Assembly (NCBI RefSeq): GCF_009914755.1
Contig: NC_060932.1
Direction: 5' to 3' (one strand)
Source of the DNA: the human T2T-CHM13v2.0 reference genome, Homo sapiens
DNA: 64,000 bases
This document shows positions 51,481 to 64,000 of the stretch, piece by piece. Numbering within the stretch: the first letter of the stretch is position 1; every line of letters begins with the position of its first letter. The notes under the pieces were generated by a model, which saw only the letters and a list, made by a program, of their open reading frames with translations, had not been told where the DNA came from and searched no databases. A program made the translations under genes and the position numbers.

Positions 51481-54400
51481 AACATTTGCAGGGCAAGGCC
51501 TGTCCCATGGAGGCAAGGCGAGGCATAGCAATATTTCCAGTGTGCTCGCTGACAATCTGAGTGCGATTCTCCCCACATCCCAACAGCAACCCAAGGCGAC
51601 AGTCCCCATTTTATCTCCACTTGACAGCTGGGGAAGCCGAGGGTCACACAATAAACACATGGGGCAACGTGGACCCCAGTCCAGGCCTGCTGACACCAAG
51701 TCCAAGGCCCGTTCACTCTCACGGCTGCCACTGGCCGAGGAAGGCATGGTGGCCACAGAGCAGCCTCACAACAGCCGGAGCAGCCACAGGAGCTCCGTAT
51801 GGTGCCCTCTGAGAGTCAGGAGCTGAGCATGGGGCCGTCTGACCACCTCTGCCTCCTCCCTGCCTGGGCGGCCCACTGCTTGTAAAGCAACTTGCTCACC
51901 AGGAAGCACGAGGCTGGGTGCCCTGGGCTGCCTGCCAACAGCTGCACACAGCCAGCAGCAGGTGGAGAGAGCAACTAGCCCCAAAAAAGGTGCAATGGAC
52001 CCAGGTGGCCTGGCCAGGGACCCTGCTGCCTTCAGCTGTTATTGACAGGTCACCGAAGAGGCAGTTGTCCCCATCTCTAGCACTTGTCTCCCAACCATCG
52101 AGCCATCAGCTCAACATCAGGGCCTTCCCAGTTGTCCACTGTGGATAAACATCTGGCAGTAGAAAGGAAGAGAAAGGAGGCTTCACCATCTGGGAGAACT
52201 GCTTCCAAAAAGGCTACTCGAAGGAACCTGCTCAGAAGTGGGACCAAAGCATCATGGCAAATAAGATGTGACTGGGGCTTTGCCTTGAAAAATGAAATCT
52301 AAAAACATTATGAAAACAAGTTTATTAGGGGTCATACATAATAAAATTCAGGTTCCCTTTGCCATAAGGACTAACTCTTTAAACAACAACAACAACAAAG
52401 AAAGAGTCAAGTTTTGGCTGCTTTTTCCTGTACTTTTCTGACAAACGTGTGTGACAGCACAGCATGGGGTGCTTCCTTTGCACCTGACTTCCGCGATCAT
52501 TAGGAGGGTTGTGCATCTTTGCGTGATGCTTGCCGTGCCTCCCCGGGGCCTCCGCCCAGCTGCTGAGACCCAGGCCAGCTCCTCTGCCGGGCTCCTCCAC
52601 GGCTCAGGGTGGGACTCCAGCCGCATGCAGCTCTTCCATGCCATTTTTATCAATCTAGAGAAACATGCATCTTTCCCAAGATTTTTAGTTGACTTTGCAA
52701 CTGACTCACATCTTCTCTGCACTCCACTGTCAGGTGTGTATACATAGGGGACAGCCAGGAAGGCCCCAGTAGATCTGGGGACTGGGTGGGTGGGAGATCA
52801 GTGCTAGAGGGGACAGGACACAGGTGAGGGGCCCCCTCCCCAAGAGTCTGCTCGTCCATGAGTGTCTACACCTGCAACACAGCCGGCACCTGCAGGAACT
52901 TAACTGTTCAATGATAATGCTCTGTGCCTTCAAGCAGCACCAACGGTTTTGCCGAGGCCAGAGCCGACAAGTAGCCACTGCGACCGGGACTGTGAATCCG
53001 GGGGGGGCACAGTCTGCACACCCTCCCCACCCGCTCTAAACCTGTCCCTTTAAACACGCCTCGCATAAGTCCCATCTCTCAGTCTTGGCTCCTCCTACGG
53101 TCTCCATCTAGAAGCCGTCTCCTCTGCTTCTGCACGGTGAAATTGGGCCCCGAGTTTCAGATATCTCTGAGATGTCACGTCTTCATGGGTTCTCCCTCCT
53201 TTCCCACAGCAGACGCTGCCCTTTCAGCACTCCCTGTCCTCTATGCTCTAGGAGTGGCGTGGAGGCCAAGGTGAGGGATTTTGTTTCTCCAGGGTTACTC
53301 CTCCAGCCCCCCGGTTTCTGGCCCGAGTCAGAGTCCAGGAGGAGTCACCGCTGTGCACCGAGCTGCCTGCGTCTGATGCCACGTGCCCCTGTGTGGCCGT
53401 GTGACCTGAGGGGTCTCTCCGTTCCTGGACTCCTGGCTCGCAGCACCCAGGAGCTTTTAGGCCGGCTCCTTTCCTGATCACCAAGCCCAGCCTGCGCTTC
53501 CATTTTTGGATGCAGCAATCACTACCGCTCACTGTCCTAATGACCCCCAGAGACATTTAGTTAAGGCAGTGCTTCTATTGCTTACTAAGCAAAGCTGAAT
53601 TTCTGCATAATAAAGTTCACGCTTCCAGAAATAGCAGAGGCATCTGGATGGTAACATGTCACAGCTTCAGAAAGAAGGAAAATTCATGCTTCTCCCTGAT
53701 GACATCATGACACTTTCTCCATTCCAAAAAAGAGAATGACCAGTGGCTGCTCTGCTCCCCAACCGGAGACACTCAGCCTACACACACAGAATGGGTCCTG
53801 ATGTCAGATCTGCCCCATGCGGCCAGACGGCCAGAGAGAAGCTGGGGACATATAACAGTTCAGCCAGGCCCTGGCACCCAGAGGATGTTGGGTGCCAAGA
53901 AGAGAGGCACGTCTTTGGGAAGAGCTGCAGTATGTTCTGGCCATCGTCAAGGGAGCTCTGTGGCCAGCAACCTGGGTTGGGGGACAGCAGGCAGTACCCT
54001 GAAGGAACCACGATAGGAGAGGGAAGGGACCTGCTCTGCTAATTCTTTAATTAAAACAAGTCCAGCCCCTCTGGGGCCACAGACCCCTCGGGAATATGAT
54101 GAAAACTATGGACCCTATTCCCAGAAAAAGGAACTCACAGTCATAAAATGGGTACAACTTTATACGCTTTGGGGATGACTCACACCTCGACTCTTGGTTC
54201 AAACACTTGCTCACTGCAATGTGAGCTTTGTGAGAACAGGTCATCTTTTATCTCTGCAGCTCCAGTATCAACACAGTGTCAGCACATCCAGTAGCCGGAC
54301 AGATGTTTGTGGAGTGAATAAACAGTTGAATAAATGATCCTCCCAAACCACCCATGGCTGTCAGTGAGCCTTAACCAAGCACATGCACTCTAGAAAAAAG

Positions 54401-55261
54401 CCCACATCATCTTCAAAAGGTAGAGCAAGCCCACTGAAGACCAGCCGGGTATGACCCCACACATGCTGAGGCTCTCAGAACCCAGTCCAAAAGGGGCTGT
54501 TACACGGCTCCAAGGGGTGGAGGCCGGGAACAACCTCAGGGAGCCACTGGCCACTCCTGTGCAAGACCTTCTGCTGCCATCATAATTCTGTGCTACATGC
54601 ATGATCATTTGGTGAATGAATGGCTGTTTCCGGGATAGTCACCCCCAATGCCAGGATCTAGGCCTCTGCTGTGTGTCACAGGATCCCCGGCCCCCAGCTC
54701 AAAGAGGCTCTGACAGTCCTCATGCATGCTCAGGTAATCCAACAAACCAGGCCTGGAGCTCAAGGCTGTCTGAAGCCCAAACCTGGCTCTTTCCACACTT
54801 CCTTCAGCACCTCCCCCCAGCTCATCCCTCCTGCACCCCAGTTCCTGGCCCAGAGCTGGGTCCATGGTCTATGGTCAGCAAACAAGTGCTAACCGAGTAA
54901 ATCCCTCACTAAGCACAGACCAATGCCTGTCGCCGTCCGTGGGCCCTCACATGGGGGGCAGCCTCTCTCCCAGGTTCCTCGGGCCCAGTGGCAGATTCCT
55001 GCTGAGGGGCCTCCCAGCCCTGCACACCTCCAGGCTGTAAGCTCTGCACCCTCACCTTCACCACCTGGAAATAGCTGCTCCTTACCAGGCTACAGTCAAC
55101 AAACACTACAGCCTGGAGAGCCTGGGAGCTGTGGCTGCCGGTGGAGCAGGCGTCTCACAGGCTGGCGCCTACCGGCTTTCTGGCACTTTCCCACAGCAGC
55201 CCTTCTATATTTTCTGTCAGGCGGCATATGCTGGCGGGAAGAACTGGGTTCCGTTTGTGCT

Positions 55262-55825
55262 TGTTAGAAATGCTTGTTCCCTGCTGCCGCAAAGAAATAG
55301 CACTCGAACATAAATGTAATTTTCTCAGCAAGGCAATTTTTACTTTCTGCAGAAAGGGTGCTCCTTGCAGATTAACAATGGTGAGAGCACACCTGGACAG
55401 GGGAGGGGAACGAGTTCTTATTCCTGATGCAGGTAGCCCCTACTGCTGTGTCATTCCCCTATTGGCTAGGGTTGGACTGCACAGTCTAAGCTAATTCCGA
55501 TTGGCTACTTTAAAGAGAGCCGGGGTATGAGCCAGAGTGGTGGGGTGAGTAGTCTGGTGGGAAGGACACTTAGGAACAGGTAACTAAAGGTGACTTAGGT
55601 CAGAGCAGGTGACCAGGATGAGTCAGGATGGATTGGGTGACCAGGGGAACAGATGTGAACTACTGACTAGGACTGTTGGGAAAGTTGTTTACTGAAACTA
55701 GAAGCAAGGGGGCGAAGAGAACCAGGAAGTTAAACTTTAAAATGGAGAATCAAAGAATAAGAGAGCTGAACATACTGACGTATTGATTCTTTGAAAAGAA
55801 ACTTGGGGTTCACTTATATTTAACA
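55262..55825 (-). mobile_element. LTR10-family (LTR10A-like, HERV-I/ERV1) solo LTR, full length
   Basis: The minus strand begins 'tgttaaatataagtgaaccccaagtttc...caaagaatcaatacgtcagtatgttcagc'. TGTTA...TAACA termini and 4-bp TSD TGCT at 55258-55261 and 55826-55829. Subfamily call is from memory. Confidence 0.85.
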
Positions 55826-58800
55826 TGCTCTGCACTTTTCCTTCTGCCCATTCTAGGCCACCGGAGAGGGGATGTGCTCTGGGGTGCTATGGAGCCCACA
55901 AATCGAGTGGTTTTGAACAGACCCCCTGAGTCTCCAAGCCTTGGTCTCCACATGGGAAAACGTGAAGACGCACTGTCTCCCCTGCCTGCCATGCTCCAGT
56001 GCTGCATCACTCCATTCCCTACAAAAGCAGGGGTCTTCACCGAGAGCCTGGGGCCTCCCAGGTAGACCAAGGGTGAAATGGTCACCTCCCTGGGAAAGGG
56101 GAAAGATGAAACTTTGTGTCCACGTGTTTTTATCATTCCATTCTCCAAAGAGCCTTGGACACAGATCAGCGAAGCACTACTTGCCTGTCTGAATGCAAGA
56201 CCATCAGGTGCCTTTGCTAGGCAGATACAATGTGTACATTACCTGATTTCATCTCTCTGAAGCCATACACATTGGGACTCTGGTCCATTTTACAGATTCA
56301 GAAACAGGTTCTGTAAGGTCATGGTCACTGAGCAAAAACGGCTCTGCTGGGAGACACCGCCAGGGCACTTGGCCCCAGGGCCTCAGCTCTTCCTGGCCTG
56401 TGTTGCTTCACAAAAGGGCTGCTGCCTGTGTTTGCCCTGCCCCACCAGGTCTCTGCCTTTTCCACCATCAATGGGGACTTGTGAGCTTGTTTCTAGAGAA
56501 GGGGCTTGTCCTCTGGGAACACTGATGTCTCAGAGAGCAAAGGTTACTCAGCCGTGTTCTTCCAGCTGTTGGGCTGGCCCAGCCATCCAGTGACGGAGCA
56601 CCAGCCTTGGGCCTTGGGGAAAGGATGTCAGCAAGAGCTGCCTGGGAAAGGTCAGGGGCTGTCTTTGAAGTTGCCTCATCAGGCTCAAGGTCAGCTTCAA
56701 AGGGGCCCAGAGGCGGGGACGCCTGTAAGGATCACTTCCTCTGTTGATTCCCAAGGAGAAGGAGTGATTTCCCCCAAACCTCTTAGTACCAAGGCCTAAA
56801 CTGACCTACGTGTGCTACCAGACCTCTCTTCCTTCCTGGGACATTAAGTGTCTTAATCTCACTCTCCATGAAGCACCTGCTCTGTGCATACTCAGCAAGT
56901 CCTGGGCAAGTCCTAAGTAAGCCACAGAAAGGGAGGGGAAGCACGGTGAGGCCAGGGGCTCCCCAGGGTCACAGCGCCCTGGTCCGGCCCCACATGCACC
57001 AGGGCACTGCATTCCCCCTGGGTGCCGTGTCCTTCCCACAGCCTAGGTCATTGTACAGACATGTGTGCTCCGTGTGGCGCCACCTTTCGATCCGGTGGGT
57101 GGCCCTTGGGAGCCTCTCTAAATCTCCTGGCATGTGGCAGAGGCACAGGGATGCACAGCCCCTCCTCTGCCAGGAAGCTCCAGCACCTACACAGAGGGGA
57201 GGGCTCTGAGGCCAGGCTCTGCTCCCATCTCAGGAGACAGTTCCCAGACTACTGACAAAAGCTCATTTGGCGTGTCTTCTCCGGGAGAAAACACCACAGG
57301 AATTGGCTGCATTTTATGCAAAGTGGCAGAAGCCAGGAAGGCTACGGACTTTGCAGCCCCTCTCAGCTCTCGCTCAGGTGGGTCCTAGCATAGTGCCTGA
57401 TGCACTAACCCCACAGGCGCGGTCCCTGTCTCCCCAGGACTCAGTGAGCAGGCCTGAGCCCCAGGAAGCCCAGGACTTGCAGAGACGGAAAGGGCCAAAG
57501 GACAGAGACCTGCCCGCTGCCCAGCTGCAGCACAGGGAGGAGGCACGGAGGGCCCAAAGAAGGGGTGCGCCTGGCCCCTACATGCTCTCCAGGCTGCCGG
57601 GGAGCACCTCTTTCCCCTGGCAGGACACTGCTTCCTCTGCTGGGGATGCTGCCCCAGGCCTGTGGTGAAATCCAGAGCGTGGAACCTTGAGCACTGTAAC
57701 AGGTCAGGCTCGGGACCCGGGACTTGCGGGGTGAGGCCCTTTCTACTCGCAGATGGTGTGAGGTGCAGTACTACCCAGCAGGAGCACTGTTGCCCCTTGC
57801 CAGGCATGGCTCAGCAGGCGTTCCCTGAAGGGGCCTCCACTTCCCATCCAGAATCGCTGTTCCCGCCTCTGAGAAAGGCTGAGATGCTCAACACGTCAAC
57901 GTGGGGAAGGCAGGGACAACCCCGAACATCACCCCACTCATCCCCACTGGCTGTGTCTGCAGCCTTGGCTTGAAGCTGCAGCTAAAAATAGATCTGCCAC
58001 TGAGGGGCACGGGAGGGGATATGGAGCGGGCAAGGAGCAGCATTCACACCGGGCAGGCTGGAAAACAGAGTGCAGGTCTGAGGCTCTAGCTGACATCACC
58101 CAGGATGGCCAGAAAGCCCCACAGTTCCCAGCCAGGACTGGGACCAGAGAGCATCAAGGTGCTGGGGACAGCACCGCCCACCAGCGGGACCAATGCCTCC
58201 CTGCCCTGCTAAGCACCCAACATTCTGGCCCAGCTCCATCAGGCCACCACAAAGCCCCCCTCCCTCTCCTGCAGCCCGAGGCTAGTTCAAGGAGCCATTT
58301 ATTCAGCTGGCGCCCAGGACTCTTTCCTGTGCTGTCCTTGGATGAGGCATCCAAGAAAAACAAGAGATTCCATTCACTGGTACAGTAAGTCCCAGCTGAT
58401 CCACGTCCAAATAGCCCATTCAATTACTCTTATCTCTACCAACAACATATGTTTTCTCTTTCCACGTCCGTCCTTCAATGTGAGGGTTTGGAAAGGCTGC
58501 AAAATTCGGGGATATAAAAATTCCTGCAAGATGAAGGCGCCAGGGGTTAAATTTGTTTTTAATCTTAGAAGGAAACAATGGAAAACTGTAGAAAGACTGA
58601 AATCTCCATCACTTATTTTTAGCACGTCATATCTTTTGAAATTCATTTTCTCATTTAAGGGATGGAATACATCTGGGACACTGTGACATAGGCCTCGTCC
58701 TGTGGATGGCACCAGGCAGATGCTGATTCAAACGTCCACTCTGTGACTTCCTGGCTAGGGGACTGCAGAGCCCTAGCTTCCATCTCTGTAAATGACAGTA

Positions 58801-59519
58801 GCATACCTGCTCCACAGGCCTGCCGGGAGCAATGGACAGCGTCTGTAGAGCAGACAGCAGCATGCCGACCGCCAGCAAGCCCTGCAGGGCTGTGGGCACT
58901 ACCGCCCTTCCCAGGGTCATTGTCCTGATCCTAGAGGTGAAGAAGTCTCAGCAAAAGAAAAGCGCTTGGACCCAGACTGGCTCATCTGCTGGGAACAAAG
59001 GTGTTTAATGCCAGCAGTTATTCACCTGCACCGATGTGGACACATCCCAGTCGAAAGCATCCTAAGATGAGGAGAATAAATATCACCAGGTCCAAGGGTG
59101 ACGCCATGAGCTCCGCAGGAACCATGTCTGAACATTGCCCGGAAGCTCACGTGAAACTTTGGAACTAAAAATCCCACAGAGACCTGGGCTTGATTCACAT
59201 CTGCACTCATTAGCACCGGTTCAAGCCAGCGGTCTACATTCTCTTGATTTTGCTGTGATTAGGTGGCGGCAGAGGAAAAACTCAAGGAGGCCCAGCAAAA
59301 GAAGCCATCATCACAACTAAGGCTGTCCCCATGGGGTCTGAAGAAAGCATTTCAGAAGGCTGCTCTCAGGGCAAGAGCCACAGGCATCTCTATAGACAGA
59401 GGTGGCTCTCCCACAGCAGAAGGAATCAGGTCCCATGTCCATGCGTTCTGGTCTGGCAGAAGACAGACTTTCTCCTCAACACGCCTGAGGACTCCTTGAG
59501 GAGACGGACTGTTTCTCTC

Positions 59520-59600
59520 TGATTCATTCATTCACAAAACAAGTATTTGTTGAAGGCTTACTATAGACCACTCATTCAACAAGCATTTACTTTGTACCCG
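59520..59600 (-). mobile_element. L2 3' tail relic
   Basis: 'attcattcattcacaaaacaagtatttgttgaaggcttactat'. Confidence 0.6.
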
Positions 59601-59956
59601 CTCTGTGTTGTGAGTTCATAGAGGGGGTGAAACAGACACAGATCATCAAAGGGGAGTGAGAAAGAGCCACCCCTGGGATGGGAGCAGAGAGAGGAGAAAG
59701 CAAAAGGTATGTTTGAGACCAGGCCACCGTTGACCTAGGCCGGGAAGAATGAGTAAGAGTGAATGGCAAGGAAAGCTATGGAGACACGGCAGGGAAGGGA
59801 ATGTCACAGGAAAAGGCAGGGACCTAAGGTCAGAGGCCACCCCTTCCCTCCCCAAACAACTCAGCCTGAAGCCATGGGGTCCCAAGAGAACCCAGTTGGT
59901 CCAGGGAGGGGGAGGAAGGTATCCGCACAGTAGAGCTGCCCCGTGTGTGAGCCACC

Positions 59957-60554
59957 TGTTGACCCAAAGAGTCAAACTCTGTAAAATCTTTAAAGAGATT
60001 GATTCTGAGCCAAGTATGAGTGACCATGGCTCGTGACACAGCCCTCAGGAGGTCCTGAGAACATGTGCCCGAGGTGGTCGGGGTGCAGCTTGGTTTTATA
60101 CATTTTAGGGAAGCCTGAGACATCAATCAAATACATTTAAGAAATACATCGGTTCGGTCCAAAAAGGCATGACAATTCCAAAGGGGTGGGGACATGGGGG
60201 CCTTCCAGGCTATAGGTAAATGTAAACATTTTCTGGTTGACAATTGGTTGAGTTTGTCTAAAGACCTGGGATCAAAGGAATGTCAGGTTAGCATAAGAGG
60301 TTGTGGAGACCAAAGTCTTATCATGCTGATGAAGCTTTTAGCTAGCGGGCTTCAGAGACAACAGGTTGCAAAATGTTCCTTATCAGACCTAAATGTGTTG
60401 ATGTTAATGCTGGGGAGGTATAATGAGGAATATTCCACCCCCATGTCCCATGATGGCCTGAACCTGTCTCTCAGGTTCAATTTTAAGAGCCCTGGCTGAG
60501 GAGGAAGTCCATTCAGATGGTCAGGGGGCCTTAGAACTTTATTTTTGGTTGATG
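59957..60554 (-). mobile_element. MER4-family ERV1 solo LTR
   Basis: Runs from 'tgttgacccaaagagtcaaactctgtaaaat' to 'ccattcagatggtcagggggccttagaactttatttttggtt'. Probable 4-bp TSD CACC. Confidence 0.85.
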
Positions 60555-61070
60555 CACCCCGTGTGAGATACCAGAGCCCATCCAGGGTAGGAGGGCATCC
60601 ACACAGTGGGGAGGCCTGGCCTGGGTGCCAGAGCAGGAGTGAGAGGGGAAGGCAGGAACCTGTGGGATCTCTGGGCTGGGTCCCCTTGGTGACCCGTTGA
60701 GAGCCTAGGAGTGTGGGAAGGGCTGGGATGGAGATGGCAGATTGGTTACATACAGGAAGACCGATAAGTTACAGATTACAGTAAAGATAATGAAAGCCGA
60801 CCTCTCCATGCTGAGGACATGAGGTACCAGTAAGGAAAAGGGACAAACCATAAGGAACTGTGCAGTGGTGGATTGGGATTAGTGGTGTCAGTGTGGGCCA
60901 GTGACTGTTAAGGTGGACAGACAGAAAGAGATGTTGAGGCTGTGTGTGTGTGTGTGTCTATTTCTATTCATATGTATATGTCTATTTCCCAGCTCCATCC
61001 TCTGAGAATGCTTGGGAACAGCAACATCCCAATATGAATGACACCCCACCCTGCCAAAGTATGGATCTTG

Positions 61071-61309
61071 GTTGGTGTGGGATCACTGCAATCTCCACCT
61101 CTCAGGGTCAAGTGATTCTCTTGCCTCTGCCTCCTGAGTAGCTGGGATTATAAGCACCCACCACCACAGCTGGCTAGTTTTTGTATTTTTAGTAGAGATG
61201 GGGTTTCACCATATTGGCCAGGCTGGTCTTGAACTCTAACCTCAAGTGATCCGCCCGCCTTGGCCTCCCAAAATGCTGGGATTACAGGCATGAGCCACTG
61301 CACCTGGCC
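61071..61309 (-). mobile_element. Alu lacking its 3' end and A-tail
   Basis: Antisense Alu ending 'gagccactgcacctggcc'. Homology stops near 'gatcactgcaatctccacctc' with no poly-T. Confidence 0.93.
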
Positions 61310-62242
61310 TCTAAATATCAATTTTCATTAGAGGGAATCAAGACTCCTGTGAGAAATGAGTGATATCAGGGCTTATGTTTGAGATGAACCTGGAATATCT
61401 TGTGCCAGAAAATAAGTGTGTGCTCAAAGAATAATGATGCAGACAGGTCAAGAGACACAGAAGACAGCCTGAAGGAGCACCCAGAGGTCAAATCAGGATA
61501 ATCTGGGTATCGAAATAACTAATAATAGCAATGAATTTTAACCCAATGAATAAAATTGAAAATGATGAATCCATACAAATATAAATAAGCACATTTAAAG
61601 GTCTGATGAAGAATCGGATATCCATGATGAGGAATCGGATATCCACACAGTTTCAAAGCACCTTCCCGCAAGATACTTAGTAACAACAAAGAGACAAGGA
61701 GTAGCTTTACAGTAGAGGGAAGCAAACACCATCTTAATCAAATGGTGAAATAACCATCACCGGCAATGGTACAACTAGAGATTGTGGGCCACCTGATAGA
61801 CACAAAGAGAAGGACTCAGCCTCACTTTTGTGACATTCCTGCCAAAAATGTTCAAAACTGAATCTAATCATGAGGACACATCACATACACCAAAAGTGAG
61901 AACATTCTACAGAATCGCTGATTGGTAATATCTTAAAGTGTCAAGGTGATGGAAGTCAAAGAAAGATGGAGGAACTGTTCCAGGCTGAAGGAGACTAAAT
62001 GTATATAACAGCTCAACGCAGCAAATGATTCTGCATGAGACCCAAATCTTAAATATAAAGGACACTACTGGGATAGCTGGAAAAACTGGAATGGGATCTC
62101 GGCATGAGATCATCATATATCAATATTCATTTCCTGATTTTGATGACTGTATTGTGGTTATACAAGAGAATGTCCTTGTTCGTAGGAAATACACATTAAT
62201 AATTTGGAGGTGTTTGGGGCATCAGATCAACCACATATTCTA

Positions 62243-62635
<393 letters not shown>

Positions 62636-62904
62636 TTAAAGGAGCGTGCTGCAGTGGAATACGTGGTTGGAAGTCAGCAGACCAAGGCTTGAAATCCAGA
62701 TGGAGGCCACTAGCTCATCATTATGATTTTGGGAAATATAAATATATTGGGAAAAACGTGAATTTTGAAACCACAGTAACTGTGTTCTGGTCCTTGCTTT
62801 GCAGACTGAATGACAACCTCACATACGCTTTGTTCTCTCCCCTAAAGCGTAGTAATAACACTACCTACTCTGGAGATTGTTGTAAAGTCTGTATTATTAA
62901 CTTC

Positions 62905-63050
62905 TTCATCAAATATTTATTGCGCATGTAATAGATGCTCTAAGGACAGTTCTAAGCTCTGAGAATACACTGACAACAAATCCGTCCTGCATGGAGCTTA
63001 TATTCTAATGAGGGTAGAGAGACAAACAAGAAACAAATCTGTGATATGAC
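62905..63050 (-). mobile_element. L2 3' relic
   Basis: 'catcaaatatttattgcgc...cctgcatggagcttatattctaatg'. Confidence 0.7.
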
Positions 63051-63199
63051 TAAATATCAGAGTATTATAACAATTGTGCAGAAAAATTAAGCAACTCAGA
63101 CCTTGGAAGGAAGGAGTGGTAGGTCAGACAGAAGATGTAGAAGGAAAGTTTAAAAAGAAAGAGGAAGAAAATTATCACACAGAACAAAACCAAGAAAAA

Positions 63200-64000
63200 G
63201 CAGATCACAAAAGTATATAGAAAAATTACAAACACAAAAAGCCAACAGAATGTATGACATAACCAAGACCAAACATTTATACCACAGCAATGCATATAAA
63301 TGGCCTAAACTCACTTATGAATTAAAAAGACTTTGAAGTTGGATCAGAAAGCAAAACTCAATGCTTCATCCAAGAGAACCACATAAAAATGTGATTCTCA
63401 AAGGTTTAAATTCAAATGATAGGCAAAAGTATACCAGCCAAACAAAAAGAAGGCAGGGGTGGTAGTTATAATATCAAAGAGGGATGAAATAAGGGCAAAA
63501 AACATGAAAGGAGACAGAGAAGGGCATCTTAAATAATAAAGGGGACAGCCAAAGGACAACAGTTATGAGCATCTGTGTGCCACAGGCCATCAGCATTCAC
63601 ACTGCAGGTATCATGGGACACACACATGTCACATCAATACAAGATCACTCATGGTGCAATGGACCCACATGAGCATTAGTTGTGATTCACCTCTCAAACC
63701 CCATGGTAGATCAAATAAGAAAGGATCTTAAAGAACTACCCCGTATCATTAATAAAGTAGAGCTAATTGATACATTTTCAACTCAATACACTTAAAACAA
63801 GGAACATAACTTGTTTAAAAATGTCCATGGCATAGTTACAAAAATCTTAGCACAAAGAAAACTTGGTAAATTGTAAGTGGTAAAAATAGTATTGAACTGA
63901 TAATACCATTATATTAGAAAGCAATAACAAAAGAAGAAAACAAAACAAAGTAATTACCATAGGAAGTTTTTTTAAAAACTATCATTTAACTCTCGGGACA
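63200..64000 (+). mobile_element. Degenerate old L1 (L1ME-like) ORF2 endonuclease region, running off the window
   Basis: Remnants of EN motifs: 'ataaatggcctaaactca' (INGLNS), 'aagaaggcaggggtg' (KKAGV) and 'gacagagaagggcat' (DREGH). Frameshifted, with stops. Confidence 0.8.

Noticed and set aside
63200-64000. Endonuclease or reverse transcriptase gene (also 13715-13850)
   Set aside because: Only decayed L1 ORF2 remnants with stops and frameshifts remain.

Overview
This is primate (human-like) genomic DNA that is moderately GC-rich and apparently non-coding. I find no credible protein-coding gene, tRNA, rRNA or CRISPR array. The listed ORFs are short, overlap on both strands, and the longest come from repeats. 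The window is a mosaic of interspersed repeats: 9 Alus, old L1/HAL1 fragments, MIR and L2 relics, hAT transposon relics (MER1A, two MER63) and 8 solo LTRs (5 MLT1, MST, THE1A, an LTR10-like element and a MER4-like element). It also holds simple repeats and a 9-copy 41-bp GC-rich minisatellite. Between the repeats are unique AT-richer islands dense in developmental transcription-factor motifs, which are enhancer candidates. L1 orientation bias and several strong minus-strand splice signals suggest a large intron, or a lncRNA, transcribed on the minus strand. I cannot name the locus and see no convincing new biological system. The best leads are regulatory: an AP-1-bearing LTR10 with a downstream splice donor, the E-box minisatellite, and an RBFOX/UG-rich tract. 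Repeat family calls come from remembered consensus sequences, not a database search.
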